Virus genome (UHGV): UHGV-1338014
Source of the DNA: a virus
Reading direction: 5' to 3' (one strand)
DNA length: 34,123 nucleotides
Made by a program: the position numbers and the translations under genes. The notes beneath the pieces were generated by a model. That model ran no database searches and was not told the DNA's origin. It was given only the letters and a program-made list of their open reading frames with translations. Shown here piece after piece: positions 17,190-27,289 of the stretch (the first letter of the stretch is position 1; every line of letters starts with the position of its first letter).

Positions 17190-18091
17190 TGGGAGCAGTC
17201 ACTTCCGAAGTCCTTCACGCGCTGACCACCTGTCTGAGCGCCGCTTATACCCGTGGTCTGAGTGGTGTCACCCCACAGTGGCAGCGTATCGCCTCTGAAA
17301 TCCCGAGTTCGTCCGCCTCCAATACCTACGGCTGGATGAAGGATTTACCGGAGATTAAAGAATGGGTCAGCGCCCGTCAGATGGCAACGCTGGACGGTTA
17401 TGGTTACACCCTTGCGAACAAAACCTGGGAAAGTTCGATCCGCGTTAAACGCGAACACATTGAAGACGATCAGATTGGTCAGTACAGCATTATCGCTGAA
17501 CGCTATGGCCGCCAGACGTCGGAGTTCCCGGACAAGCTGTGTTACCCCCTGCTGTGTGCCGGGTTTAACACCCTGTGTTTTGACGGTCAGAACTTCTTTG
17601 ATGAAGACCACCCGCTGGGCGACGGCACCTGCAGCAACGTTGTCGGCACCCCGGCATCAGACCAGGGAGAACCGTGGTTCCTGATTGATGATTCTCAGGT
17701 ACTGAAACCCATCATCTGGCAGACGCGACGCGCCTTTAAGTTTGAAGCCCTGGATGATCTGAACAGCGAGCACACCTTCAAGAATAACGAGTTCCTTTAC
17801 GGGGTGGACGGTCGCTGCAATGCGGGCTTTGGCTTCTGGCAGACCGCCGTCGGTTCCCGTGCGGCACTGACAGCGGAGAACTACGAGAAGGCCAGCAATC
17901 TGCTGCTGGGTATGAAGACCACCAACGGTGAACCGCTGGGCATCCGCCCGACCACCCTTGTGGTGGGACCGAAAAATCGCGCGGCTGCGAAGCGCATCAT
18001 TGACGCCATGCTGGTAAACGGCGGCGATTCCAACATCTGGTACAAGGATGTGGACATCGTGGTCAGTCCGTTCATCACCACCCCGGCATAA
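17189..18091 (+). CDS. T: Major head (capsid) protein, Mu T-like (300 aa)
   Basis: Size and position after protease/scaffold; start overlaps the I stop. Confidence 0.85.
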   Translation: MGAVTSEVLHALTTCLSAAYTRGLSGVTPQWQRIASEIPSSSASNTYGWMKDLPEIKEWVSARQMATLDGYGYTLANKTWESSIRVKREHIEDDQIGQYSIIAERYGRQTSEFPDKLCYPLLCAGFNTLCFDGQNFFDEDHPLGDGTCSNVVGTPASDQGEPWFLIDDSQVLKPIIWQTRRAFKFEALDDLNSEHTFKNNEFLYGVDGRCNAGFGFWQTAVGSRAALTAENYEKASNLLLGMKTTNGEPLGIRPTTLVVGPKNRAAAKRIIDAMLVNGGDSNIWYKDVDIVVSPFITTPA

Positions 18092-18117
18092 CCCGTCATC
18101 CGTAATCTGTAACCCGC

Positions 18118-18149
18118 AGTTAAAAGGCGCTATGAATGCCCTTTTAACT
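18118..18149 (+). terminator. Stem-loop downstream of major capsid gene (AGTTAAAAGG...CCTTTTAACT)
   Basis: 10-bp inverted repeat about 27 nt after the T stop, followed by TTTTAAAA; possible attenuator or mRNA-stabilising hairpin. Confidence 0.4.
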
Positions 18150-18169
18150 GCCTTTTAAAAGGCAGAGTC

Positions 18170-18481
18170 ATGAGTGAAAAAGCAGGAACCAAAGGCGCGA
18201 AAGCCGCAAAGAACAGCGCAGCACAGGAAAACCCGGCACCGCTGGCAGACGTTATTGTGGCTGACGGTCAGGCGAATGAACCACGTCCGGCTGAAGCCCC
18301 GGCTGCTGTACAGGGTGACGTCCCTGTCCGGCTGAACGTCCGGGCCGTGTCTAAAAACGGGTTCTGGCGCTGTGGCCGTTTCTGGTCACATGCCGGTGAG
18401 GATGTGGCGGTGACCGCTGCGGTTGCCACCCGCCTGATGGCTGAACCGAATCTGATTGTCCGGGAAGCGGAGAAAGGCTGA
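18170..18481 (+). CDS. Hypothetical head-associated protein (103 aa)
   Basis: ORF with RBS directly downstream of the capsid gene; Ala/Pro-rich N-terminus. Confidence 0.55.
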   Translation: MSEKAGTKGAKAAKNSAAQENPAPLADVIVADGQANEPRPAEAPAAVQGDVPVRLNVRAVSKNGFWRCGRFWSHAGEDVAVTAAVATRLMAEPNLIVREAEKG

Positions 18482-18918
18482 TGGGGTATATCACGCAGGA
18501 AGACCTGTTACGCGCGGACGGCAATCTTGTCTGGAACATGGCGATTAACCGGGAAACCAACGAACTGGATGAAGACAAAATCCGTCAGGCCATCAGTGAT
18601 GCCGAAGCGGAAATTGATTCGTTTCTGTCCCGCCGCTACCCGCTGCCGCTGGGAGTGACGGAAATCCCGCGCCCGCTGCAACGCGTGGCGGTATCGCTGG
18701 CGTTTTACTGGTTGTCAGAGCGTGACAATCAAATCACGGAGCTGATCCAGAAACGCTACGACGACGCCATTAAAACCCTGCGTGAGATGGCGAACGGCAC
18801 CCGTGACCTGGGTCTGCCGACGTATGCCACCCCGGCAGAAACCGACCACGGGAAGATCATTGTGGTGGGTGCCAATGCCCGGCTGTTCACCCGTAACAAC
18901 CTGAAAGGGGTGCTGTGA
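18481..18918 (+). CDS. Head-tail connector/adaptor-like protein, Mu gp36-like (145 aa)
   Basis: Position and size; start overlaps upstream stop (TGATG). Confidence 0.6.
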   Translation: MGYITQEDLLRADGNLVWNMAINRETNELDEDKIRQAISDAEAEIDSFLSRRYPLPLGVTEIPRPLQRVAVSLAFYWLSERDNQITELIQKRYDDAIKTLREMANGTRDLGLPTYATPAETDHGKIIVVGANARLFTRNNLKGVL

Positions 18919-19460
18919 TGGGGATTTCTGTACAGGTCAGCGGTGACCAGCGGCTGGAGGATATCCGCCGTGCCGTTGAAAAGCTGGCAGATGGTTCATT
19001 GCAGGCAGAGCTGCTGGAAAGCATCGGTGCGGTGGTGGAATCACAGACCCGCCGCCGCATCATCGATGAGAAAACCAGTCCGGGTGGCGAACGCTGGCCG
19101 GACTGGTCTGACGGGTACAAAAAGACCCGCCACGGCAACCAGAGTCTGCTGCGCGGTGAAGGTCATCTGCTGGAGAGTATCCAGTACATTGTGGAAAACC
19201 GCGTGGTGCGCATCGGTTCACCGCTGGATTATGCCCGCATCATGAATGACGGCTTTTCCGGCAGTGTGCCGGTCAGCGCCCACAAACGGCTTATCTCGCA
19301 GTGTTTCGGGCGGGCGCTGAAATATCCGGTCTGGCAGACCGTCGGCGCACATAACCGCATGATGAATATTCCACAACGTGAATTTCTGGGGCTGTCTTCT
19401 GCCAACCAGCAGGAGCTGCAACAGGTTATCAGTCATTTCTGGAAGGAGGTTCTGCCATGA
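18915..19460 (+). CDS. Phage virion morphogenesis / tail completion family protein (181 aa)
   Basis: Motifs SPGGERWPDW, IGSPLDYARIMNDG and REFLGLS resemble the virion-morphogenesis (P2 gpS-like) family. Confidence 0.65.
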   Translation: MMGISVQVSGDQRLEDIRRAVEKLADGSLQAELLESIGAVVESQTRRRIIDEKTSPGGERWPDWSDGYKKTRHGNQSLLRGEGHLLESIQYIVENRVVRIGSPLDYARIMNDGFSGSVPVSAHKRLISQCFGRALKYPVWQTVGAHNRMMNIPQREFLGLSSANQQELQQVISHFWKEVLP

Positions 19461-20068
19461 CAGAACAACGCCCTGAACTGCGCACACCGGGGAGCACAGT
19501 TGCGGCCGCAGAGCGCATTGTGGCCTGGCTGAAAACAGCGCTTCAGGGAAACACCCCTGACCGGGCCGACGTGGTGGAGCGTCACATCGGCCAGTTCAAC
19601 AGCCCCGATGAAGTGAAACGCTATCTGTCCGGTCGCACCGGCTGTATCCGGGTAGCTGCCCTGCGCGTCCGGGATATTAACCCGCGCGGCGGGCTGTCCG
19701 GTCTGGTCACCTGGGTGGCTTACATCATGGCGACGGATTCGTGGGGGTACTCCCGCGACGTGCGCTGTGAAGTGCTGGCCGGGAAGGTGATCAAACGTCT
19801 GCTGTCGTCAGATGCCACAGCGGGCATGGGGGCTGAACGCATGGCTGCTGACGTGCGGGCAGACAACATTTACTCCGCCAGCCTCGACGGGCTGGGCGTC
19901 ACCATGTGGGCGGTGACGTGGGAGCAGGAATTTCAGCTGGATGAAGAGATTGATCTCGCCGCGCTCCCGGACTTCCTGCGCCTCGGGACAACGCTGCGTA
20001 GCGGTGAACATACTGAGATTAACGACGTGATCCATGTACGGGGTGACGATGGAACAGAAACTGATTAA
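19457..20068 (+). CDS. Mu gp38-like structural protein (203 aa)
   Basis: Position between tail-completion gene and sheath gene; overlapping start. Confidence 0.6.
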   Translation: MTEQRPELRTPGSTVAAAERIVAWLKTALQGNTPDRADVVERHIGQFNSPDEVKRYLSGRTGCIRVAALRVRDINPRGGLSGLVTWVAYIMATDSWGYSRDVRCEVLAGKVIKRLLSSDATAGMGAERMAADVRADNIYSASLDGLGVTMWAVTWEQEFQLDEEIDLAALPDFLRLGTTLRSGEHTEINDVIHVRGDDGTETD

Positions 20069-20234
20069 GCCAGCGCGGGAAAGCGTTCGTGTCCGTAAAC
20101 CGGATGGCGCGCATTTATCCCCGGAAGGGGAACGTCTCGATGTCTGCGCTTACTGGCTGCGCCGTGAAGCCGAGGGAGATGTGGAAATAACCACACTTCC
20201 GAAAAATAACAACAAAACCAGAGGGAAAAAATAA
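20034..20234 (+). CDS. Small hypothetical protein (61-66 aa)
   Basis: Short ORF whose stop overlaps the sheath start codon; may start at ATG 20049. Confidence 0.4.
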   Translation: MYGVTMEQKLIKPARESVRVRKPDGAHLSPEGERLDVCAYWLRREAEGDVEITTLPKNNNKTRGKK

Positions 20235-21709
20235 TGTCGCTGGGTTCAATTCCTGATGATATCCGCGTCCCGCTTGTCTGGATCGATATCGACAATTCAC
20301 AGGCGCTGGATGGTGCATCCGCGCAAAGCCGAAAAATTCTGGTCATGGGCCATGCGGTATCGTCCGGTAGCGCAGACGCTCTGTCACTGACCCGCATCAC
20401 CAGTGACAGCCAGGCAGACCAGCTTTATGGCAAAGGGTCGATGCTGGCTGAAATGCTCAAAATGCTGCGCCGTGCCAACACGTACACGGAAACCTGGGCA
20501 ATGCCGGTTGCCGCGCCTGAAGGCGCTGCCGCAAAAGCCACGCTGACCGTGCTGGGTACGGCGACCAACGCCGGAACGGTGGCACTGCTGATTAACGGTG
20601 TGTCCGTTCAGGTGAGCGTGAGCGCCGGGGATACGAAGGAAAACATTGCAAAAGCCATTGCTGATGCGGTGACGAAAAAGCCTGCCACGCAGGTGGCTGC
20701 TGCGGTGAAGGATGATGCCACGGATACCGTGGAGCTGACCATGAACTGGCACGGCGTCACCGGCAACGGTGCCGACGTTCGCCTGAACTACTACACCGGC
20801 GAAGCTTTCCCGGCAGGTGTGAAGGTGACCGCAACCGCGTTTACCGGCGGCACCGGGACACCGGAAATGGCAGGCGCCGTTGCGGCCATCGGCCCGGAGT
20901 GGTTTACCGATATCATCGCCCCGTTTACCGACACGAAAAGCCTGAACACCCTGCGTGATGAACTACTGAACCGCTGGGGGCCGCTCAAAATGATGGAGGC
21001 GCAGCTGTGGACAGCGTTTCGTGGCACGCACGGGGAAACCGGCACGTTTGGTGAAACCCGCAATGACTGGCTGATTAGCTGTATCGGCACCAACCTGTCA
21101 CCGCACCCGGCGTGGATGTGGGCCGCGTCATACGGCGCAACGGCAGCGTATCACCTTGCCATTGACCCGGCGCGTCCGCTTCAGACGCTGGTTCTGACCG
21201 GCATTCTGCCGCCTGCGCGTAATGTTCGCTGGGATATGCCGGAACGTAACCTGCTGCTGCATGACGGCATTGCCACGCACATGGTGGACGCCGGGGATAA
21301 CGTCTGCATCGAGCGTGAAATCACCATGTACCGGGTTAATCAGTACGGTGATGCGGATGTGTCGTACCTGGATGTGCAGTCACCCGCCACGCTGGGCCGT
21401 ATCCGTTACATCATCAAGAACCGTTTCACGAACCGTTATCCGCGCCACAAGCTGGCGGACGATGACGTGCTGGACTCGCTGGATGCGGGGCAGCCGGTGA
21501 TGACGCCGAAGCTGTGCACCGCAGAGCTGCTGGATATCTGCCAGACCGAACTCCTCCCGGCGGGCCTTGTGGAGAACTTCAGCGATTACAGGGACACGCT
21601 TCAGGTGACACGCGACAGCAGTGATAAAAACCGCCTGAACTTTATCTGCCACCCGAATCTGGTGAACCAGCTGCGTGTGCTGGCAGGCCTGATTCAGTTC
21701 AAACTTTAA
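20234..21709 (+). CDS. L: Contractile tail sheath protein, Mu L-like (491 aa)
   Basis: Size and position upstream of tube gene. Confidence 0.85.
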   Translation: MSLGSIPDDIRVPLVWIDIDNSQALDGASAQSRKILVMGHAVSSGSADALSLTRITSDSQADQLYGKGSMLAEMLKMLRRANTYTETWAMPVAAPEGAAAKATLTVLGTATNAGTVALLINGVSVQVSVSAGDTKENIAKAIADAVTKKPATQVAAAVKDDATDTVELTMNWHGVTGNGADVRLNYYTGEAFPAGVKVTATAFTGGTGTPEMAGAVAAIGPEWFTDIIAPFTDTKSLNTLRDELLNRWGPLKMMEAQLWTAFRGTHGETGTFGETRNDWLISCIGTNLSPHPAWMWAASYGATAAYHLAIDPARPLQTLVLTGILPPARNVRWDMPERNLLLHDGIATHMVDAGDNVCIEREITMYRVNQYGDADVSYLDVQSPATLGRIRYIIKNRFTNRYPRHKLADDDVLDSLDAGQPVMTPKLCTAELLDICQTELLPAGLVENFSDYRDTLQVTRDSSDKNRLNFICHPNLVNQLRVLAGLIQFKL

Positions 21710-21718
21710 GGGGGCCGC

Positions 21719-22075
21719 ATGGCAAAAATTCTTGGGATGGCGACCATTCGCGTGAATGGCCGCGAAATTAAAACCGAGGGGAAATCCATACTGAATCCGG
21801 GCGGCTTCAGCCGCACCCAGCATATGGGCGGCGGCAAGGTCTGGGGCATCTCCAGCAAGATGGCCTCACCGTCCATCAAAGTGACCATTGCGGCAGCAGC
21901 GGATATGGACGTGATTGAAATCAGCAGCTGGGAAGACGTCACGGTGATGTTCTACGGCGACAACGGCCTGAACTACATGATGACGGGTTCAGCCACGGAT
22001 AACCCGGCGGAGCTGGACGAGGATTCCGGCACCATCAGTGCGAACTTTATCGGTGAAAAATGCGTGAAGGTGTGA
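21719..22075 (+). CDS. Tail tube protein, Mu M / gp40-like (118 aa)
   Basis: Size and position directly after sheath. Confidence 0.8.
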   Translation: MAKILGMATIRVNGREIKTEGKSILNPGGFSRTQHMGGGKVWGISSKMASPSIKVTIAAAADMDVIEISSWEDVTVMFYGDNGLNYMMTGSATDNPAELDEDSGTISANFIGEKCVKV

Positions 22076-22076
22076 C

Positions 22077-22472
22077 ATGGCCGCAATGGAATTTGAACTG
22101 AAACACGGGCTTCTGACCGGCAAAGGCACGGCAGATGAAACCCTGCATAAAACCGTGAAACTGCGCGAACTGACCGCCAGTGACGTGATTGATGCGCAAC
22201 TGGCCGCAGAACGCGTCGTCATGGGCGGGAACGGAAAGGCGGTGGCTTACTGCTCGGAAGTGCTGATGGGGCTGGAGATGATGCGCCGTCAGGTTGCGTC
22301 AATCGGTAATATCCCCGGCCCGCTGGACATGAAACAGCTGCGAATGCTCCACCCGGCAGACCTTGAACTTATCAGCACGAAAGCCGCTGCGCTGGATGAA
22401 ATGCTTGAGGAGGTGGCAACGCGGGGGCGAACTGATGCCGCTGGCGGCGGCACTGATGAACCTGCTGGTTAA
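22077..22472 (+). CDS. Tail assembly chaperone, Mu gp41 / P2 gpE-like (131 aa)
   Basis: Position between tube and tape measure; an overlapping ORF in another frame (22363..22572) suggests a possible frameshift extension. Confidence 0.65.
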   Translation: MAAMEFELKHGLLTGKGTADETLHKTVKLRELTASDVIDAQLAAERVVMGGNGKAVAYCSEVLMGLEMMRRQVASIGNIPGPLDMKQLRMLHPADLELISTKAAALDEMLEEVATRGRTDAAGGGTDEPAG

Positions 22473-22558
22473 CCTGTCTTCGCGATTCAGCATTCAGTAC
22501 CTGGAACAGCTGCCCCTGCGGCAGCTGTTCCGCCTGATAAAGCAACTGGAGAAACAGC

Positions 22559-24415
22559 ATGGCAACAGGTAACCGTCTCAGCACGGAAATCATGATCAAC
22601 CTTGCCGGGAACCTGACCGCCAAAGCCCGGCAATACGGCGCAAACATGTCGCAGTTCGCCCGGAACCATCAGAAGGCTATGCGCCTTGTTAAAGCCACTA
22701 CGGAATCTGCCACACGTGGCCTCGACGTGCTGGGTAACCGCTACACGGCAATGATAGCCGGGCTTGGCAGTAGTCTTACTATCAAACAGGTTGCCGATTT
22801 TGATGCGCAGATGCGCCGGATGGGTACGGATGCCCAGTTAACCACTGAACAGGTAAAGGCGCTTCACGACAAAATCAGGGATGTATCGAACCAGAAAGAT
22901 ATTCGTATTGATGCCTCTGCGCTTGGTCAGGGGGCCAGCGAACTTCTGGGGAAAACCGGTGATTATCAGTATGTGGTGGACAACCTCCGCAACATGGGGT
23001 TGATGATGCAGGCGTTCGGTGTTGACGGACAGGTTGCAGCCGGGCTGATGGCCCAGTTCTGGGAAAAAAACGTTCGGGGTGCTGATGCGGTCAATAACAT
23101 GATGGACAGGCTGTATTCGCAGTTCGCAGTGGGGTCTGTCAGCGTTGCCGATGTTGCCCGCGCTGCCCCGAAACTGTTTTCCATCATTCAGGATCAGGGA
23201 CCGGAAGCCATTGCCCAGATGGGGGCATTTGCTCAGGTGTTCGCCAAAAACAAAGGCAGCATTGATGAGACGGTAACCAGTATTCAGGCCATGTATGCCT
23301 CCCTGTCGGACAAAAAGAACATTGAGTTCCTGAAAAAAAACGGCATTGACGTTTTTGTCAAAGGCACAAAAGACATCAAAAAGCCCTATGAGCTGATGAT
23401 GGAAATCCTTAAACGGGCCAAATACGACCCGCTGAAACTTCAGGATGTGTTTGATCTGACCGGGATGCAGGGGATTAAGGCGCTGCTCAACCCTGAAAAC
23501 CGGCAACTGATGGAACAAATGATTTACGGCACGATTGATCTGGGTTCCACGCAAAAGGCCGCACAGACCAATGCCGAAGGCTTTAATGCTGCAATGCAAT
23601 CACTGAATAACGAATGGCAACGTTTTGCTGAAGGACAACTGGCAAAGCCCGTTCAGGAACTGGCTGATGCGCTCAACAGCGTGGACCAGAACACTGTCCA
23701 GAACTGGTTGCAGGTCGGTAAGTATATGGCGATCGCGCTGGGTGGCATTATCGCCATCAGAAAGACGTACCAGTTCGGTAAAACCATTCACGACATCATG
23801 AATCCCAAAGAGAAAGGCAAAGGGATACCCGGCGGCATTACGGATGTTTTCGGCTCCGGTGTGATGCCGGTTTATGTGGTCAATATGGGCAGTGGCGGGA
23901 TGAAGGGTAATACCGGTGGTCTGCCGGATGCGCCGGATTCATCGCGCAATCCCCGTAACTCCCGCAATCCACAAGGTCCGGGGAACCGTGGAGGAAAGGC
24001 AGGTAAAGGTGCAGGCATCATTGCTGCTGGTCTGGAATTTTACGATTTTCTGACCACGCAACACGCCCTGCCGGGCGAGGTTGACACGCTCACTAAATCC
24101 GTTGCCGGTGCCACTGACGCCAGCCCGTGGGAGCGCGAGTTCGCGCAACAAAGCCAGGACAACCAGAAAGCACTGGAATCCGTCTGGCGTAAGGTAACAG
24201 ACTGGTTCAATTCGCTGGGTGACAAGAACATTGCCGACCCGCGACCGTGGGCAGGTATGCAACCCACACAGAATTATCCTTTCCTTCCGCAGCAATTGCA
24301 GGGGGAAATCCGTGTGGTGGTGGAAGGTGACGCCCGCGTGAAAAGCGTCAGAGTGGATCAACCCGGCGTCAGACTCAGTGCGCAGGCTGGCGTCACCAGC
24401 GTGGAGCAAGGGTAA
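22559..24415 (+). CDS. Tail tape measure protein (618 aa)
   Basis: Largest tail gene; Ala/Gln/Gly-rich helical protein with C-terminal Gly-rich region. Confidence 0.85.
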   Translation: MATGNRLSTEIMINLAGNLTAKARQYGANMSQFARNHQKAMRLVKATTESATRGLDVLGNRYTAMIAGLGSSLTIKQVADFDAQMRRMGTDAQLTTEQVKALHDKIRDVSNQKDIRIDASALGQGASELLGKTGDYQYVVDNLRNMGLMMQAFGVDGQVAAGLMAQFWEKNVRGADAVNNMMDRLYSQFAVGSVSVADVARAAPKLFSIIQDQGPEAIAQMGAFAQVFAKNKGSIDETVTSIQAMYASLSDKKNIEFLKKNGIDVFVKGTKDIKKPYELMMEILKRAKYDPLKLQDVFDLTGMQGIKALLNPENRQLMEQMIYGTIDLGSTQKAAQTNAEGFNAAMQSLNNEWQRFAEGQLAKPVQELADALNSVDQNTVQNWLQVGKYMAIALGGIIAIRKTYQFGKTIHDIMNPKEKGKGIPGGITDVFGSGVMPVYVVNMGSGGMKGNTGGLPDAPDSSRNPRNSRNPQGPGNRGGKAGKGAGIIAAGLEFYDFLTTQHALPGEVDTLTKSVAGATDASPWEREFAQQSQDNQKALESVWRKVTDWFNSLGDKNIADPRPWAGMQPTQNYPFLPQQLQGEIRVVVEGDARVKSVRVDQPGVRLSAQAGVTSVEQG

Positions 24416-25689
24416 TGACAACAAGCAAAGGCAAATGGGACGGGCTGCGCGACGCCTCGTTTCGCGGTGTCCCTTTTTTTCTGGTGGATACGGAAGGCAC
24501 AGGTGGCCGTCGTGCCATTCCCCGTGCTTATCCCCGGCGTGAAACCGCCTGGACGGATGATAACGGGGCCGTTCCGGGGCAACAGCAGATTAACGCGAAG
24601 CTGTTGGGTAGCAACTTCCAGGCTGATTTAAACGCCCTTTTAGATGCGCTCAATACCCCCGGCCCCGGCGAGCTTATCCATCCGTGGTTCGGGATACAGA
24701 CCGTACAGGTTGGCAAGGTCACCCATCGCCTCAGCACGGAGGAAGACGGCATTGCGTATGTCACATTTGAAGTGTTTGAGGCAGGCGAGCGTCTGTTCCC
24801 GTCTGCGGCGGATAACACGCAGCAGGAAGTGCTGACGGGCATTGATGCGGTAAAAGCGGCCATTGACGATGGCAACTGGTTCGGTGCACCTGACGGGCTG
24901 GGTGAGATGGCCGACAGCTTTCTGGCCGATATGGAAAACCTTGTGGCCAACCTGCCCACGTTACCGACGGCACTGAATCAGTGGATGGACAGGCTGAACC
25001 ATTTTAAGGAGATGGCCGGAACCATTATTGCCACGCCGGGTCGTCTGGTCAGTGAGCTGTCCTTGCTCATTGACGGCGTGGTTGATCTGGTGACGGAATC
25101 ACCCGAAGCACTGGCGGTTTACACGACATTACGCAACCAGTGGGCCGGAGAACGCGCCCGACAGGTTGCCACTGGCGCACTGCCGGAAGATATCACCGTG
25201 AAGCCCGGCAGCGTGGCAGACGGTGAAATCGGCTTTGCCATCGGGCTGTCAGCGGATTATCAGCCGGTATCTGACAGCCTGCAGAAGAACATTGACGACT
25301 TCCGCCAGGTGGTTGTGCTGGAAACCCTGCTGGGACAGGCCAGTGCCGTGGCCTCGATGACGTTCGATACCAGTGATGCGGCATTATCTGCCGGTGACGC
25401 GCTGGCGGCTGAACTGCATGAGCAGTCGGTCGCGGCGGTGGAAAATAACCAGCGGGCATTGTGGCGAACGCTGCGTGATTTACGGCAGGCCGTGATTACG
25501 GATGCCCGCGAGCGTGCCGCCCGTCTGCCGGAAACCCGGCAGGTGACGCTGACCACAACCACATCTGCCGCATTGCTGGCATGGCGCGAGCATGGTGACA
25601 CCAGCCGACGGGATGAAATCGTGCAGCGTAACCGCCTGCGCCATCCGTCATTCATACTGCCAACGCAACCTGTGGAGATTACCGACTGA
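24415..25689 (+). CDS. N: DNA circularisation protein N-like tail protein (424 aa)
   Basis: Position immediately after tape measure, as Mu N. Confidence 0.7.
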   Translation: MTTSKGKWDGLRDASFRGVPFFLVDTEGTGGRRAIPRAYPRRETAWTDDNGAVPGQQQINAKLLGSNFQADLNALLDALNTPGPGELIHPWFGIQTVQVGKVTHRLSTEEDGIAYVTFEVFEAGERLFPSAADNTQQEVLTGIDAVKAAIDDGNWFGAPDGLGEMADSFLADMENLVANLPTLPTALNQWMDRLNHFKEMAGTIIATPGRLVSELSLLIDGVVDLVTESPEALAVYTTLRNQWAGERARQVATGALPEDITVKPGSVADGEIGFAIGLSADYQPVSDSLQKNIDDFRQVVVLETLLGQASAVASMTFDTSDAALSAGDALAAELHEQSVAAVENNQRALWRTLRDLRQAVITDARERAARLPETRQVTLTTTTSAALLAWREHGDTSRRDEIVQRNRLRHPSFILPTQPVEITD

Positions 25690-26762
25690 TGGGCTCCGTG
25701 ATTCTTACCGTTGACGGCAAATTGTGGGAAGGCTGGACGGAAATGTCCGTCAGTCGTTCCCTGAAGGCGATTGCCGGTGAGTTTGATCTCAGTGTGACAA
25801 CCCGCTGGTCAGCGGCGGCACCGCGCGTGATTCGTGAGGGGCAACCCTGCACGGTCAGGCTGGGCGCGGATACCGTGCTGACGGGGTATATCGATGATTT
25901 TATTCCCAGCTATGACGCAGAAAACGTGGAGATTCGCGTCATGGGGCGCGACAAAACCGGTGACCTGGTGGACTGCTCTGTGGTGCATTCGTCCGGGAAA
26001 TGGAAAGGCGTGCGGCTTGAACAGGTGGCGGCTGATGTCTGCCGCCCGTTCGGGATAACCGTCATCACGGAAACCCCGACCGGGGAGGCGTTTGCGTCTG
26101 TCGTTCTGGAACAGGGTGAAACGGGCTTTGAACTGCTCGACCGGCTGGCAAAACAGCGCGGCGTTCTGCTGACGTCTGACGGAGGGGGTAACCTGATTAT
26201 CACCCGCGCCTCTTCCGTTCGCGCAGGTGTCTCACTGGTGCTGGGAAAAAATATCCTCGCCGCCCGTGGGCGCTTCAGCTGGCGGGAGCGTAACAGTCAG
26301 TACATCATCAAGGGCACCACCAGTGCCGGTGGCAAACTGTGGGACAGCCAGCCTGCCTCGATGGTGGGCGGTCGCCAGTACATCACCGAAGACCCGGAAA
26401 TTAACCGTTACCGCCCGCGCATTCTGGTCAATGAAGACAGTCTGACCGTGGGTGGAGCCAGCATTCGCGGGGAATGGTTCAAGGCCCGGATGCTGGGAGA
26501 GGCCCGCACGACGGAAATCACGGTGGCAGGCTGGCGCGAACAGGGCGACAGCGGCCCGCTGTGGCAGACCAACCGCCTTGTTGATATCGACGACAGTATT
26601 CAGAACCTGAAAACCACCTGGTTGATATCCGGGGTGACCTGGACGGATGGTGCACAGGGGCGGATAACGGTTCTGGCGCTGGTTCCGCCTGAATCACTGG
26701 ACATGCCGGAAATGAAAGTGAAAACGAAGAAATCAGCAAAAGCGGTGGTCACATGGGATTAA
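25689..26762 (+). CDS. P: Baseplate hub protein, Mu P / P2 gpD-like (357 aa)
   Basis: Position and size. Confidence 0.7.
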   Translation: MGSVILTVDGKLWEGWTEMSVSRSLKAIAGEFDLSVTTRWSAAAPRVIREGQPCTVRLGADTVLTGYIDDFIPSYDAENVEIRVMGRDKTGDLVDCSVVHSSGKWKGVRLEQVAADVCRPFGITVITETPTGEAFASVVLEQGETGFELLDRLAKQRGVLLTSDGGGNLIITRASSVRAGVSLVLGKNILAARGRFSWRERNSQYIIKGTTSAGGKLWDSQPASMVGGRQYITEDPEINRYRPRILVNEDSLTVGGASIRGEWFKARMLGEARTTEITVAGWREQGDSGPLWQTNRLVDIDDSIQNLKTTWLISGVTWTDGAQGRITVLALVPPESLDMPEMKVKTKKSAKAVVTWD

Positions 26763-27289
26763 GCGCAATTACCCGCCGTCTGCGGCTGATGGTTGACCGT
26801 GCCATTGTCCGCATGGTGTCTGACAGTCTGGAGCGGCAGAACCTGCAAATCCAGACGCTGGCAGATGCCACCGATGACGACGTGGAACGCTTCCAGAATT
26901 ACGGTTTTACTTCCGTTCCGCCGGAAGGTTCTGAAGCCATAGTGCTGGCCGTTGGCGGACGGCGTGACGGGCTGGTTGCCATCGCAGTGGAGGACAAGCG
27001 ATGTCGCCCTAAAGGCCTGTCTCCCGGCGACGTCCGACTGTATCACCGGGACGGAAAATCACACATCACCCTGAAGGAAAACGGCGTTATTGAAATAACA
27101 GGGGAACAATTAGACGTTTCAGGGACAACGGTAAATCTCACCGCCGACGAATTGCTGAATATTATCGGTAAACAAATGAAATTCGTCGGTCCCTGTGAAT
27201 TTACTGAAGATGTCACCATCAACGGTAAATCTTTCAGCAATCATATTCATAAGGACGGCGACAATGAGAAGACATCACCGCCCGTATGA
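26753..27289 (+). CDS. Baseplate spike / assembly protein V-like, Mu gp45 (178 aa)
   Basis: Size, position and beta-rich composition typical of gpV-like spike proteins. Confidence 0.65.
   Translation: MGLSAITRRLRLMVDRAIVRMVSDSLERQNLQIQTLADATDDDVERFQNYGFTSVPPEGSEAIVLAVGGRRDGLVAIAVEDKRCRPKGLSPGDVRLYHRDGKSHITLKENGVIEITGEQLDVSGTTVNLTADELLNIIGKQMKFVGPCEFTEDVTINGKSFSNHIHKDGDNEKTSPPV

Noticed and set aside
22838-23599. Minus-strand ORF (253 aa) inside the tape measure gene
   Set aside because: Antisense overlap with a long, well-supported + strand gene; no independent support.
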